Below, piece after piece: positions 20,233 to 35,036 of a DNA stretch of 64,000 nt. The DNA is from Octopus sinensis (lineage: Eukaryota), in the NCBI RefSeq assembly GCF_006345805.1, contig NC_043013.1, positions 42,904,001 through 42,968,000 on the forward strand, in the 5' to 3' direction. The notes under the pieces are model-generated. The model did no database searches. It saw only the letters and a program-made list of their open reading frames with translations, and was not told the origin of the DNA. The translations under genes and the position numbers were made by a program. Position 1 is the stretch's first letter; every line of letters starts with the position of its first letter.

Positions 20233-23200
20233 CTAGAAGGAAGAAAACAGAGAAAATGTTAATGATACACAAATATGAAAAATAAAGAGTGAAAGGAATT
20301 AATGTCAAAATAAAATGAAGAGAATATTGATGAAAAGAAAAGACAAGAGAGATATGGAGATGAATAGGGCTTAACCCTTTAGCATTCAGATTACTCTGTT
20401 GGAAGTAATGTTTTTTCATTCACATTGTTTTGAATTAGTCATGCATTATCTTGTAGCTTCAAGATTTTGATGAAGTGATTGTTTATTTTGAGAATGACAC
20501 TGCAGGGGAGGTGTGGGAGGCAAGATCTTGTATATAAAACAGGTAAAATAATTGACCTCAATGCAGCAAGTTTAAATCTTAAAGTGTTAAAGGAGGAAAA
20601 TGGGAGCGGAGCGGTTAGAGAAAGGTGGAGGAAGGGTGTGAAATTGTATTCACAAGGCTGTAGAGTAACAAGTTTGATTTTCAGCCACATGAACCTGGGT
20701 ACAGTCCCACCGAGTTGTACCTTGGGCAAGTGTATTCTACCATTGCCTCAAGCTGACCAATGCCCTTGTGGGTGGATATGGTAGAGAAAAACTTAAAGAC
20801 CATCAACTGTGTGTGTGTGTGTCTTTTTCTTCTACCAGCATTTGACAACCACTGTTGGTGTGTTCATATCCATGTAATTCAATGATTTGGCAAATTTCAA
20901 ATTTTGACACAGGGGCAGCAATATCAGAAGTGGGAGTAAGTCGATTATATCAACCATAGTGCTTAACTGATATTTATTTTATTGACCCTGAAAGAATGAA
21001 AGTCAAACTCAACTTCAGTGGAATGTGAACTCAGAACATCAAAATAGACTAAATAACATTAATGAATTTTGCTCAGCCTTCTTACAATTCTGCCAGCTCA
21101 CTGCCTAAGTGAGAGATAAATATTAACTTTTGGTATTAATACCAATTCCGTAGCTCTTTGTTATTTTTTGATAATCCCACTGGCTATTTGCAAGGGAATA
21201 TTCGACTGCTGTGTCTAGCTGGACGTCTGCCACTGAGAAACTCAGGAAGGGCAATATCATGTGACCTGACAATTGCAGCAGCTGTATTGCAAGATTATTA
21301 CCTGCCAGTGACATAAACATGGGTGCCTATATGAGAGGTCCTCATTTGAAAGAATAACTATTAGGTGTTAAAAAAACATTCTGTGGTAAATTCCTGATGG
21401 CATGTGCAGTCTAATGATTGGAATAAGGAAGATAAAAGAAGGGGAGGAGAGAACCCAAAAAAATAACTACAAGGGGAAACTTACCAACGGAATTTCTCAC
21501 CCTGCCCAATCTATCATGAGCTGATATATTTCGTCGGTCATTATCACGTCCTCGATCGGGACCAACATATCTTCGATCAGGCTCTCCATTCGGTCCCATA
21601 TCTCTTCTTAATTCAAAGGGCATCCTGGATGTGAAAAAAACAAAAAAAATCAGATACAAAATTAGCAAATTACCTTGTAACATTGGCGTTTAAAACAACT
21701 TTGTGTAAGGGACAATGTATACAAGTTGATCAATCAATCAACATTCACCTCAGGTGGTGCTATTATGGTAGATCACTTCTCTGGTTGAAACATATCTAAA
21801 TTTATAAAACGTTCACATCAACACTGACCCATCTGGAGACTGGCATACATACCAACATTAACCTATAATAGAGATTGGTGTATACACCAAAACTAATCTA
21901 CACGAACTCTCACGGATATGAAAGATGATGTTTACACAGTCATACACCAGCTAGTGTGTAGATCAATACCAGCCAATAGAACAGTATAAAATCAAAACTA
22001 AAAAAGTCAGGTTTAAAAAAACAAATTACCTGTTGAGTTTTTCATCTGTTCGAGAACGGTCTTCAGTTCGTCTTTCATCTCTGACTCGAATATCTCGGAA
22101 AGGACCCATTTCCCTTCTCATCATCTCTCTTTCTTTACGTTCATCATAGCGGCTTCCACCTTCCAAAGCTCTACTGTCCCTTCTATCGTAATGTTCGACT
22201 CGTCTTCCATAATCAGTATTCTCATATTCATTATAGCTGAGAAAGAAAAAAACCGCAGATGAAATGAGATATATAAATTGTGTGTATACATGTATAGATC
22301 CAATGAAATATGACAACTTTTACAGAGAAAACAGACTGCTTTTTCCTTGGTTCTTGAAATTGTATCTCCTCAATCAGACTCAGTAGTAATTACCAGCAGG
22401 TTTTTGTTTACCTCCTCTCAAAGCTACTATAATTTCTATAAATCAGAATTGATCTTGTATGATATTTAGTATACCTTTATTCAATTTGCTGTCTAAATCC
22501 ATGTCACTGATCACTGAGTCAAGATATACACAATCACACTAACAAACATATTTTACACCTTGATCATACTTTAACCTCTCATCACTTAGCATACAGCTGC
22601 TTCCATCTTTACTGTAGTCATACTCCATTGGAAAAAAACCACCTAGTTCAAAGAAACCATGCAGATACAGGAGCATGATGAAGCTTCATCCCATCAGATC
22701 ATGTCAAACTATCCATGTCGGTGTGGAAGAGGAATATTGAAAGATTATTACCCTCATCACTGATCGAGATCATATTTTAAAGAACTCAATGCAAATACAG
22801 ATGTGATATTTTAGTAACCAGATAACTGAAGCATGCATAGCTGTGAGGTTAAGAAGCTTGCTTCCCAACAAAGTGGTTTTGGGTTCAGTCCCATACCATG
22901 GCATCTTGGACAAGCATCTTCTGCCATTACCGTGGATTTGGAAGACGAAAATTTAAAGAAACTTGTTGTGTATAAACGTGTGTGTGTACTTTGTTTTGAC
23001 ATAATGTGATGGTTGTAAATGAGCATCACTGTCATATCAGGGATGTTGCTTGTTTCTAGTCTTCCTTGAAAAAACATGCCTTAAAAAATTCTGCCTGAAC
23101 AATGCAAGCTTCAACACGTTCTTTATTTCTTTAAAAAGCCTGACTAGATGCAAGATATAAGCAGATCAGTATTTATTATGCAAGACAATGTCATGATATT

Positions 23201-26200
23201 GAACAAATATCGGTACAGAGTAGCTGTGTGGTTAAGAAGCTTGCTTTGCAATCTTGTGGCTTAAGGTTTAATCTCATGATGTGGGACCTTAGATAAATGC
23301 CTTCATCTATAGCTTCCAAAGCATGTGGAAACCTGTCATACACATCATCATCATCATCGTATAACGTCCACTTTCCATGCTAGTATGGCTTGGACGATTT
23401 GACTGAGGGCTGGTGAACCAGATGGTTGCACCAGGCTTCAATCTTGATCTGGCAAAGTTTCTACAGCTGGATGCCCTTCCTAACGCCAACCACTCAGAGT
23501 ATAGTGGGTGCTGTTTACATGCCACTGGCACGGGGCCAGTCAGGGGGTACTGGCAACGACCTTACTCGAATCTTTTACTCATGCCACCGGCACATGTGCC
23601 AGTAAGGCGATGCTGATAACGATCATGTTCGAATGGTGCCTTTTACGTGTCACCGTCACGGAGGCCAGATAGCTGCTCTGGCAACGATCATGCTCGGATG
23701 GTGCTCTTAACACCCTACTAGGACAGGGCTCGAGTGCCAGTAAGGCGATGCTGGTAACGATCACAACACACATGTAAATTTCTATTTATGTTTCCCAACT
23801 ACCACTGCTTCACAGCTGATAGTTTTTTCTGTTTATGGGATTGCAACTTAACAGTCTTGTGAAAGACCCCGACAGAATAAGTATGAGAGTCATTCTGTTC
23901 AGCAAAACCCTTCAAGGCAGTGTCCCAGCATGAACTGAAACATGTGGGGTAAAAAGTGGGGGGTGCAGATATATAAGCATGCACACGCCACATGTAAGAG
24001 GCCAAAAGAGGAGAAATGCAATAGGAATTTTAATTTAGAACTGTAGTCAGGCAATAAGACATCAATGACAAAATATAGTTTCCAGTATTGGCAACTTACC
24101 GTGATTCATTTGGGAATGGAAGATCAAATCTAGAGGGGTTGCCAGAACTGCTCATCCTGGATCGTTTGCGTTCATCCCAGAGTTCTCTGTCACGAAAGCC
24201 ACTTCGATCATGAGGTCTTTTTGCAGGATGTCTCATCTCTTCTAACCTGATATTAAACAAAAAACAGCAAAATCAAATAAACAATAGCTGTATTGAATGA
24301 CAAGCAGTTAAATAAGATGAGATAGTAAACAATCTCAACTTTCAACAATTAACAACCAGGACATCAGTTAAGCTAACAAGGTACCTCTATGTATGCAGTC
24401 ATTAAACAAACTAGAAACAGCACCCGAAACTTCTGGAAACTGTCCTCAACTTTCCAGAAAGTAAGAAACAAAATGCTGACAGCAATGGATAATGTAGTCC
24501 CACATTATGTCTAGAAGAAAAACAATGATCAAACAGAAAGAAAAAAAAAAACGTAAAATGATAACAGCTAGAACACCTTTGATTTTGGTTCTACTTGATC
24601 TGGCCTGACTTACGTCTCAACAAAACAACCAAAGTGTTAATATCCACTTAACAAAAATAAAGCAGTAAACAGCCCCCAAATAATGATAAAAAGAATTCCT
24701 TCTGGTCATGACCAGCAAAATATGAAGATTGGCTGTTATTGCTAGCAGATAAAGCAACTACACCATATACAGACTTCCTCAGAGGTTTTTTTTTCTTTTA
24801 TTTTTTATCGGTCAGTGGTTGTGTTAAACATGATGTTGGATAAGTCAGAGTCTTGTGTCCTCCATGAGACCAAAAGATCAGCATTACAATATCTTTACAT
24901 ATATATGAATTTCAGTTGAGGTTACTTTCCACAATTAGGAAAAATCCTACATCCTAATCACCAATCTAACAATCAAAACAAACATGAAATTGTTCAAAAG
25001 AATAAAACAAATTCAGTCAAGTTGTATCAGACACTAAAAAAATTTTTTTTTTAAACCCAGAAAAGAAAAAAAAAAAACAATGAGTTTATGTCATAAAAAA
25101 TATTTAGAAATGTTGAGAGAATGTGAAATAATTAATTTTTATCTGTAGAGATAAACCTATAAATATTAACATAAATATTGGATTAAAAACCCCTTTTGGA
25201 TTGAAAATAGCAAATGCTAGTCTTAGGACAATGATAAAATATCTGTCGGCCATTGACTTTCCCTATAGAAAAGGGAATTTAACCTAATATCTACATGCCA
25301 TTATCTATGGCTTTACTGTGTTCTAGAGATTTCACTTACCGCAACATCTCAGCACAACGCATTTCTACATTACGTCTTTCTATTTCAAGAAGTTCTTTTT
25401 CCATTCTGTATCTTAATAGTTTCTCTTTTTCCAGTTTCATTTTTTCTAATTTCATTTTCTCTAACCTGAAAAGAACGAAAGAATATAAAGATAACATTAA
25501 GAATTTATAAAGAAAACAAGTGACAATCCCTGCCTACATTCACCAACTTTTATGTACCCTGATACACATTACACTATAAAGATATCCTGAGAGATGTTCT
25601 TTTGAATCTAGGAGAAATTACTTAGTTGTCCAAATGTCAAAAAAGGAATGGTAACATTCAATCACAAGATTACATGATAATTAAAAACAACAGTTTTTTG
25701 ACAACTATTTTTTAAACTTTCACTGCTAAGTTCAATATTTCCTTGGGCTTTGAAAGGATTTTGAAGAAAACTACTCTAAATATGTCAGCCTCTCTTTATT
25801 CCAAAGCAGAATCAAACATTTACAATGGTGGCCAACCAACCTACTGGATTATCAGATCTTAAAAATGAAAAATATCAGGAGATTGCTAACACAATTTAAA
25901 CAAAATATATAAATAGTAAATATATCACTCAATACATCTTACATATTCTGGTTTTTAATTTTCTTCTCATATATACTGAATATCTTCCTTCTTAGGCCCT
26001 GCCTTTCAGACCAAATTCCAAATAAGCCACAATTATTATCTAAAAGATGCATACTCTGCTAAAGGTGCCGAAGAACCAGATGCGGTCATGAACATGACAA
26101 CAAAATAATTCTACCACAAAAACAGAGATGACCTCCTCAGACAGCTTTTAACATTTTCCATCAATCAAATTTCACTGGCAAAGCATTGGTCAACTGGAGA

Positions 26201-29200
26201 CTATGATAGAAAACACTCGTCCAATACGACACTGAATTTTGTATAATGGACGTGTGAAGTAAACTTCTTACCCAAACAATCATGCTATTCTGCCTTAAAC
26301 AGTTTAAACGTGAATGCAATTTTAACAAACCTTATCTTCTCTCTGACTTTGCCCAATCTTTTCACTTCCTCCTTCTGTTCCCGTTCTACATTCTGCTGAA
26401 GCATCCGAGCCATATCAAGTTTTTTCAACCGACGCCTCTCCTGTTCCCTACGATTCCTTTGTCTCTGACGTAAACGCTGTCGCTCTCTTTCCTTCTGTCA
26501 AGAAATTTGGTGGGGTTTTGTTTTTATTTTCAAGAATGGAATATGAAAAGAGAATAATTATTAAAAAGCAAAGAATAAAACAAACATAAAATAAGCAAAG
26601 AAACCCACACAAAACTAAATAACCGTACAAAATAAGACTACTGATATAATACATAGATGGACATAACAAATGGCAAATCTAGATACCACAATAATTTAAT
26701 ACAAACATCTCAGATTTTAGCAGTTCTCTATAGCACTAAAAGCTGCTACCCTGACATCATAATACCCTTATATTCTGATATAAATAGGGAAATCTCTTTG
26801 TTTTACATAATTTTTCTACACTAGACTAGGAGCTACATTTCCCTCCTCTTGCTAAGCATTCAACCTTGAAGTAAAATTGGAATAAATTTTATCAGTTGAA
26901 CAAACTTGAGTAAGTACAATTATATAATTTATTACAGTAAATAGGACGAAACATAACAGCTGCAGAAAGATTTGAACAGCTACTCTTGAGCCAGTGTCTT
27001 ACACCCAGAGTTAGTGCTTGTATTCTAATGAAATAGTTGACCTACTTACATCTAATCTGGTTTGAAGTTTCTTTACATATTCTGTACAACAGCCACAACA
27101 ATTACTACTATTACTATTGCAGAGTCACATCTGAATCAATCAGCATAATTTAAACAATTTCTTTAGGTCACATCTCAGTCAGGTTACACACTAAAACCTA
27201 TCTTCATTGGAAGATACTGCATTTCAATGTTTACACACCAGTTACTATCAGTTTTAAGGAACAGGAGCTCGATCTCATGATTTCAAGAAAACATCAAGGA
27301 TGATAACCAGACCAGATTCAGGGTCAAATAAGTGAAGTTAGCCACTCTAGTTTCAGGGTCAAGTGACATTAGGCACTACAAGTTCAGGATAGAGTAAGTT
27401 ACCCACTCTGGTTTTAGGGTGGAGTAAATGATGACAGGCACTCAAGTTTCAGGGTCAAATAAGTGAAATTAGCCACTCTAGTTTCAAGATCAAGTAAGTG
27501 ATATCAGCCACTCTAGTTTCAAGGCAAAATTATTTATCTTATTATACTTCAACTACACACTTTAGCCACATTAAAAACACCAACATAGAATTGTACTTAC
27601 TTTTATTTGAGCAAATGATAAAATATCTTTCTTGGAAGCAGGGTCACCAGGCCCTCGTGGTTTAGGCTTTGTCGTACTGGGAACTTTCTCTTTGGTGCTT
27701 GCTGCTGCTGCTGCTGCTGCAGGCTCTGCACTTTTCTCAGAGCCTTCTTTTGTAGATGGTTTCAAACTTGTTGCTGGTTTAGCTGCGCTCTTATTTGGTG
27801 TAGCTGCATGAGATTTATCTGAAACAGTAAATCAACCACCACCATCAATTAACGTTCACTTTTTTGTGCTTACATTGGTCAGATGGAGTTTGTTGGGGCA
27901 GATTTTCTATCATCATATACCTTTCCTGCTGCCAACTCTCAGCTATTTCCGAACAAGGTCATACTTCCTATGGCTAGACAGATCTTTCACAGAAGACCAG
28001 AAATAAACAACACTTGCATGAGGGCAATGCACATTTACAACCATCATGTGATGTCAAGACAATGGTACAAACAAGCACACACATTTCTACACATAGATTC
28101 ATACACATACAATAGGTTTCTTCCACCGTCTGTCAACCCACAAGGCTTTAGTCAGATTGGAGCTAGAGTAAAGACACTCGCTGAATGTTCCATGAAGTGG
28201 GACTGAAGTTGAGACCATATTGTTAACCATAAAGTTTCACTGGCACTTAAAACACTAGAAAAATGCTTATAAATCCTGCTAATCTAACCCTGCACAAATC
28301 AGAATATATTCCAAGCTTAAAAACAAGCAAAACACACACATATGCGACTGTTAGTTCGACTGACCTGAGCTTTTGTGACGACTCCCACTGCTCCTGCTCG
28401 TATGTCTTTTGTCATCTCTTCTGCTGGACGTTCTCCTGCTTTTATCATCTTTCTTTAAATCTTTCTTCTCAACTTTCTTCACACCATCTTTCTTATCACC
28501 ATCTTTTTTCTCTGCAAACACGAAAACACCATCACAATCTATAGATTTGAAGGCAGTATAGAGATACCTATGGTGTCAAGTAACCATCATCAACATCATT
28601 TTTGATGTCCACTTTTCCATGCTCCCATGGAGCAGAAACAATTTATTGAGGTAGATTGTTTTATGGATAGATGCCCTTCCTGTCACCAACAGTCATGTGT
28701 TTCCAAGTGAAGTAATATGCCCTCAGGACCAGACGTGTTTCAAGGAAGATTAGAAACACAGGACACTGCTTGCACCATGGAAACATTTCTTTACAACTAT
28801 CACACAAAGTCAAGGCACACAGATATGTCTATATATGTAATATATGTACAACAGATTTCTTTCAGTTTTTGCCTACTAAATCCATTCATGGGGCTTAGGT
28901 CAGCCTGGAACTATAGTAGGAAACACTCGCCTAAGGTACCACACAGTGGGACTGAAGCTAAAGCCGTGTGGTTAGGAAGCAAACTTCTTACCACACAGTC
29001 ACACCTGATATTTATGATTCTTTGAATACTATTACTACTGTTAAGTAATTGTGAAATGCCAATGGTTTTATTAAACTAATTACTTTGTTAGTAACATGAA
29101 ACACTAAGTCCAGCTAACTTCAATGCAAATGATGCGTAGAGTCTCTGCATTGGAATTCTAGAGCCAAATTCTGTTTAGGGTACAAATATAAAACACTGGA

Positions 29201-32200
29201 AGAAGTCATACCATCTTTCTTCACTTCAGGCTTTTCTACTTTCTTTTCTCCTGTTTTGGTTTCTGGTGCTTTAGCCTGAGTTGTAGGTTCCTTTCTAGCC
29301 TGAAAAATAAAGGAAATATTATTTATGACACCTCATCTCTACACCTTTAATTAACCCTTTTGTTACTAACCCGGCCGAGAGCACCCCTTGTTATTTAAAT
29401 GTAAATTTGAACCCAAATATCATTGGTACATTCGTTAAAACACGTGATTGCACTTTTCTAACAGTTGACTTATTGTATCCAATATTGTTTGGCATGATAT
29501 TTGAACTCAGTGAATTTTGGAAGATTTTTTCCTATATCTTTTTCGGCGTTTTTTTTTTCAACTTTGAAAATGGAGAGGAGTTTCATGCTATCAAGAAGTG
29601 ATTCCAAATTTGAAGGCTTTTCAACAGAAGATATGGAGAAATCAAGGAAAAGAATGAATGAGGTACAAAAGCAGGTGGTGGACGAAAATGAATTGGATAT
29701 TTCTGTATCTGAAACAGAAAGCAGCAATTCTGAAGAAACTGAAAGCAGTAACATAGACAGCGAGGATGAATTTACACCAGAATGGAGTAAAAAGTTAAAA
29801 AAAGTCTTTAACAACTTTTCTGAGACAGGTTCTACCATAGTCTTTGTCAGGAAGCGAAACCATCAGACTTTTTATTTTTTATTTTTCCAGCATGCTTGTT
29901 TGAAGCAATCACTGTGGAAACAAACCATTGTGCAGAATGTAAACAAGCTGGAAAAAAGATAGCTTGTGGTTTCCTACAACTGTAGATGAAATATGGGCAT
30001 TTTTTCTATAAGTATTATTATGGGTATAAGACAGTTACCCAGAATTACAAAATTACTGGAGCAATCAGGAACCTTTTGGCAATCAGTATGTTTCCAGTAT
30101 TATGACTCAAATACGATTTGTGAAACTGAACCAATATTGACATGTGAGAGACACTGGCAGTACCCCAGTACACGAAGAACTAAATTTTGATCCCTTATTT
30201 AAAATAATACCCCTCATCGACTGCGGACAATATGCATGTAAAACATTTTACAACCCTGGGAGATACTTATCCGTCGATGAGGGCATGGTGGGGTATAAAG
30301 GAAGGGTACGCTTCCAACAGTATATGCCAGGAAAGCCCACAAAATAGGGGATCAAAGTTTGGAAAATTTGTGAAGCAAATACTGGGTACTGCTGTGGATT
30401 TAGCTTCTATACTGGGAAAAGAGACAATAGTGTTAGTCAGCATAGCCTAGGGAACGATGTGGTCTGGAATTTATCTCTTCCATACCATAACCAGGGCCGT
30501 ATATTATTTTTTGACTGATTTTTTATTTCGGACAAACTTGTGGTGGATTTAGAAGCTGTGGCAACGTATACGTGTGCTACAGTAATTGTTAGTAGAAAAG
30601 GGCTGCTGTTGGATATAAAAAAGGCAAAATTAAAAAAAAAAAAGGTGAAATAATCCAACAGCAGAAAGAAAATCTGCTAGCGACCGTATACAAAGATAAG
30701 AGGCAGATAAATTTTCTATCTACTAGTGCGCAACCATGTGTAGATGAAAATGACACCCTGTTTGTGAACCTTGATTATAACAGGAACATGAGCGGTGTGG
30801 ATCGGCTTAACCAGATGATGAGTTATTATCCGGTTGGTAGACCGGGCAATAAATGGTGGCGATACCTGGTTTGGTATATAGTAAACATGAACATTGTAAA
30901 TGCATTTATATTATATACCAAATCAGGAGGAGTTCGCAAGCAGTGTGACCATCTACAGTTACCAGCAGATGTAGCAACGCAGTTTATTCCCCCCCCCCCC
31001 AAAAAAAAATAACTGCAGGAAGGAAAAGCAAAGCCTGCCAGAGAGATATTCTTCTGAGTTCAGCCGATCTACATAAATTAGAAAAAAATCGGGGGTCGCA
31101 AAAGGCAGTCCCATGAATGTCTACATCAACAAAGAAAAACTCCCAGTGGACAGCCAGTTGAAACGTCTTCCCAATGTGCATTCTACAAGGTTGCAGTATG
31201 TAGAGTGGGATGTTTTACAACTTTCCATAATAGATATATTGTGTGAATATTGTTTGTATACATGTATAATTAGATTGTATAGATATTTTTCAAATTTACT
31301 TAGTTTAACTTTTTATTTTAATTTTACCTGTAATTTTAATTTGCCTGTAAGGTGAGTGACAAGTTTGGATTTAATTTCTAATGTAAATCTTTATTATATA
31401 TGTTCCTGTGTATTCATGTATGTGTGTGAGTATATTTCATTCAGTTGTGTTTAATTTTCTAGTTTTCTTCAAAAACAAATTCCAGTACTTCAGTTTATTT
31501 TACCTTTATGGTGCACATGTTCTTCCGTGCATTAAATTCAACTGATAATCTAGTGATGTGCACAATTCTTCTATATCAAAATTTTGTTGCATACCTCAAT
31601 TAAATATTAGTTGAGGACTCATTTTCTATGGTAATGTTTAAACAAAATTTAAATATTTTTACATTTTGCTTAGTTTACCTGGATTTACCTGTAATTAGAT
31701 TCACTTTGAGACAAAAATTATGCAACAGAATTGATTAAGAACCCTTTCTTCAATTATGTTCCAAATATCACATTAATATGTTGATAAGTAAAAAAGTTAC
31801 AGCTGTTTAATGAAACTAGTCTAAATTCATGATTATTTTAGAATTTAATTGAAACTCATGAGGGGTGTATTATGGTCAGAAATATAGTAACGAAAGGGTT
31901 AATGATGCATTTGTACTATGAGCAAATACACACATCTCTCTACCAATAGATTATTACTAATATCATTGCATGTTACAGATACATGCACACATAACTGGGT
32001 CTCTAAACAAAATAATAAACTTGGGATAACTCACCCTTTCAACTGATATCATACGGCCATGCAGTTCAGTCTGATTCAAATGTTGAATACATTTCGATGC
32101 TTCATGTGAAGAAGACATAGTTACAAAACCATAACATCGAGCACCAGGGCTCCGTGCATTTGTCACTACTTTGGCACCAACAACCTGATGTAGACAAAAA

Positions 32201-34999
32201 CAAAAGCAAAATTAAATTTTATACAAAAAACTACTTTGGTATTTATTCAGCCCAATACTCATCAATATTATCAACACTAATTATTTCTACTTTTCATAGA
32301 TTAAATGCAGTAAATGTTTTAAACAGAAGTCAAGTAAAACTCATTACAAGTAGCATTTTTTTAATTGGTTTGGTCCTAAGAAAAAGGCAGTGTCTATGGT
32401 TCTCCAAGACTGAAAAAAATCTATGATTGATAATTTGCTTAAATAGTTACAATATCAGCTGCCAAGAAAGAAGTCTAGAAAGTTAACATTCTGAGAAAAA
32501 GGGGTTATTATAGGCTCTAAAGTGGGGTGTACACACAATGTCACTAACAAAATAAAAGTTAATCAAGCATCACAAAGTGGTGGTGGCACAGGACAAGCCA
32601 GTTCCAAGGAACAGACTCCACAGCAGAAGACATAGATAAGGGAGGAGAGAAAAACAGCAGGTCCTTCGACTGGAAGCCTGAGTATGTTGACAAAAATCTT
32701 CATACCATTCAGTTGAGTGCCATTTCACTTGGATGTGGTTTATGAATAGCAACAGCACTGACACAGATGTGAGAGGAGTACACTATAGGAGCTATGTAAA
32801 AAGCTAGCAGCTGAAGTAGTTTCTGATCCTAAAAACAAAGACCAGAATTTGTAATGAAGTATTGTTATGATGAGAATATACATTTATCAGGAGATCCTTA
32901 GCCAGAGCAAGGTCTAGCACTTTTAAGAAACACTCTACAGTCCAGTTGTTCCATGATCTTCATACTGAGAAAGTGTAACAGGAGTTGGGGTGATACTGTC
33001 TGTGTCACTGTGTTGTTCAATGTGTCAAGATTGATACATCTATCTTGAAGAAAGTTTTCAAGAAGTCGGTGCAGGTTTGGCATCAGGTGAATGTAGATGA
33101 AAGTTGAGGGTTAAAGGTAAGGGATGACTGAAGTGTGGTTATCATCTACATATAAGTGGTGGGTATTGCTGAAGGTAACACAAAAGGGGCACAAACTGAA
33201 CCATGGAGCAGACCAAAAGTTAATGGAATGTGAGTCTAAGAGAGATATAGACACGCACATGCTGAAGCTTTAGTCACCTGACTGGAATTTTCAATCCAAG
33301 AACCTATAGCTGGATAGATTCCCTGAGATTTAGAGCATGTAAATCATAGTTGAAAATCTTGCAAGAAAATTATTTTCATCAAATATTTCCAAGAGTAAAA
33401 ACTTACTGGCCTACTGCTGAGTGACAGAGAATAGGTCTCCAATAGATCTGGCTTTAAGTAAGCTGAAATGATGATTATGCAGGACATAGAATGATTCTGA
33501 GTTATTGAGAGTGAGTGCAACAAGATGATAGTTGGGGTAAAGTGAAGAATAGGACTCCAGAAAATCTGGTTTTACATAAGATGTACTGGAGGTTATTCAT
33601 GACAGAGATGGATTCTGTGTGTAAGAGAAGGTCATTTGACTGACTATCATCTCTGACAAATTGAAAGTGAGTGCAATAAGATGATAGATGGGGTAATTTC
33701 TGAGAAATTGGACATATTGTAACAAGAATCCAAAGATTAGGATATATGACTATGGAATCAAATTGAAGAGTTTCACAAGGACAAGGCTAGTTACAAGTTT
33801 CATGACTAGAAAGAAGCCTTGTTGATCTGTGGTGATTGGGAAAGCTTCTGCATCTTGCATGTATGTTTATGTAGTGACAAGCTTGGTAGAGTGGAAAGGA
33901 ATACTTTTCAGAGAAGATTTACAAAATGTACAGTTACATACAAAGTAAGCAACCCTGTAGAGGCTTTCTGCATGAGTATTGTTTTCGGCAAGGAATAAGA
34001 TGGGGAGTTGTTTATAGAAATGGGAAAGCTTACAGACTGTATCATACATGACAGCATCCTTTGCATTTCAGATGATGGTTTGCAGATGTTGTTACATGAA
34101 AGCTGCCTGGTGTGTAAGGGTGATTTTCTGTCACTTACCTAGCTGTTTCTGATATGTTCAGATTCAAGTACATATATCACAGAAAATAGTATAGAACTGG
34201 TGGAGTTCTGGCCATTCTGCTAACCATAAGTGCCAGAGGGTTCAAATGAGCAGGGAAGGTATGTCAAGCAATACATGCAAGTGTTATGGACAACCACACA
34301 CAAAGCAGAGAGTGGTGGTGGTGGTTTGACAGTGGCTACATTTGGAGAAGAGAAAGAAGTTGTTTACAGAGTAAACACACATTGGACTAGCATAGATTGT
34401 GTGAATCTAAGTACTAATTAGAAATAAATATGATTAGTAACAAATTACATGAAAGGAAAGAAACAGATCTTATTCAACATACCTTGCCATATTTAGTAAA
34501 AAGCACTTTAAGGTCTGTAGCACGGGTACTTGTGGCAAGACCACTGACCCACAAATTCCGACTGTTTTGGTCATTGGCTATTAAATACAAAAATAAATCA
34601 ATATGAAAAGATTACCAGCAAATAGGACGCTTAAAGGTTAAAATTGCAAATACCTCACACTGAAAATATAACCTTAGTGAATAACAATAAGGTTCAGAAC
34701 AAGTCGAAAAAAACCCAAAGAACTTACTTTTGATATTCTTGATAATTTTGGGTTTAGAAGCTGAGGAACTGCAACAATAAAAAAAATGTTTAGAAATATC
34801 AGTATGATGATTATGAATAGTTAATGTCATAGTAGTTTACTGGAACAATTTTTCATCATTCATATGAATTACATTCAACTAGCAACTCAAACGATATGAT
34901 GTTATTCTAGGACCCTAACTCTAGATATGTAGAGATATATATATTAAAGGAACAGATGAGGGCTATGTATGTATGTGTGTATTAATATATATATATATA

Positions 35000-35036
<37 letters not shown>

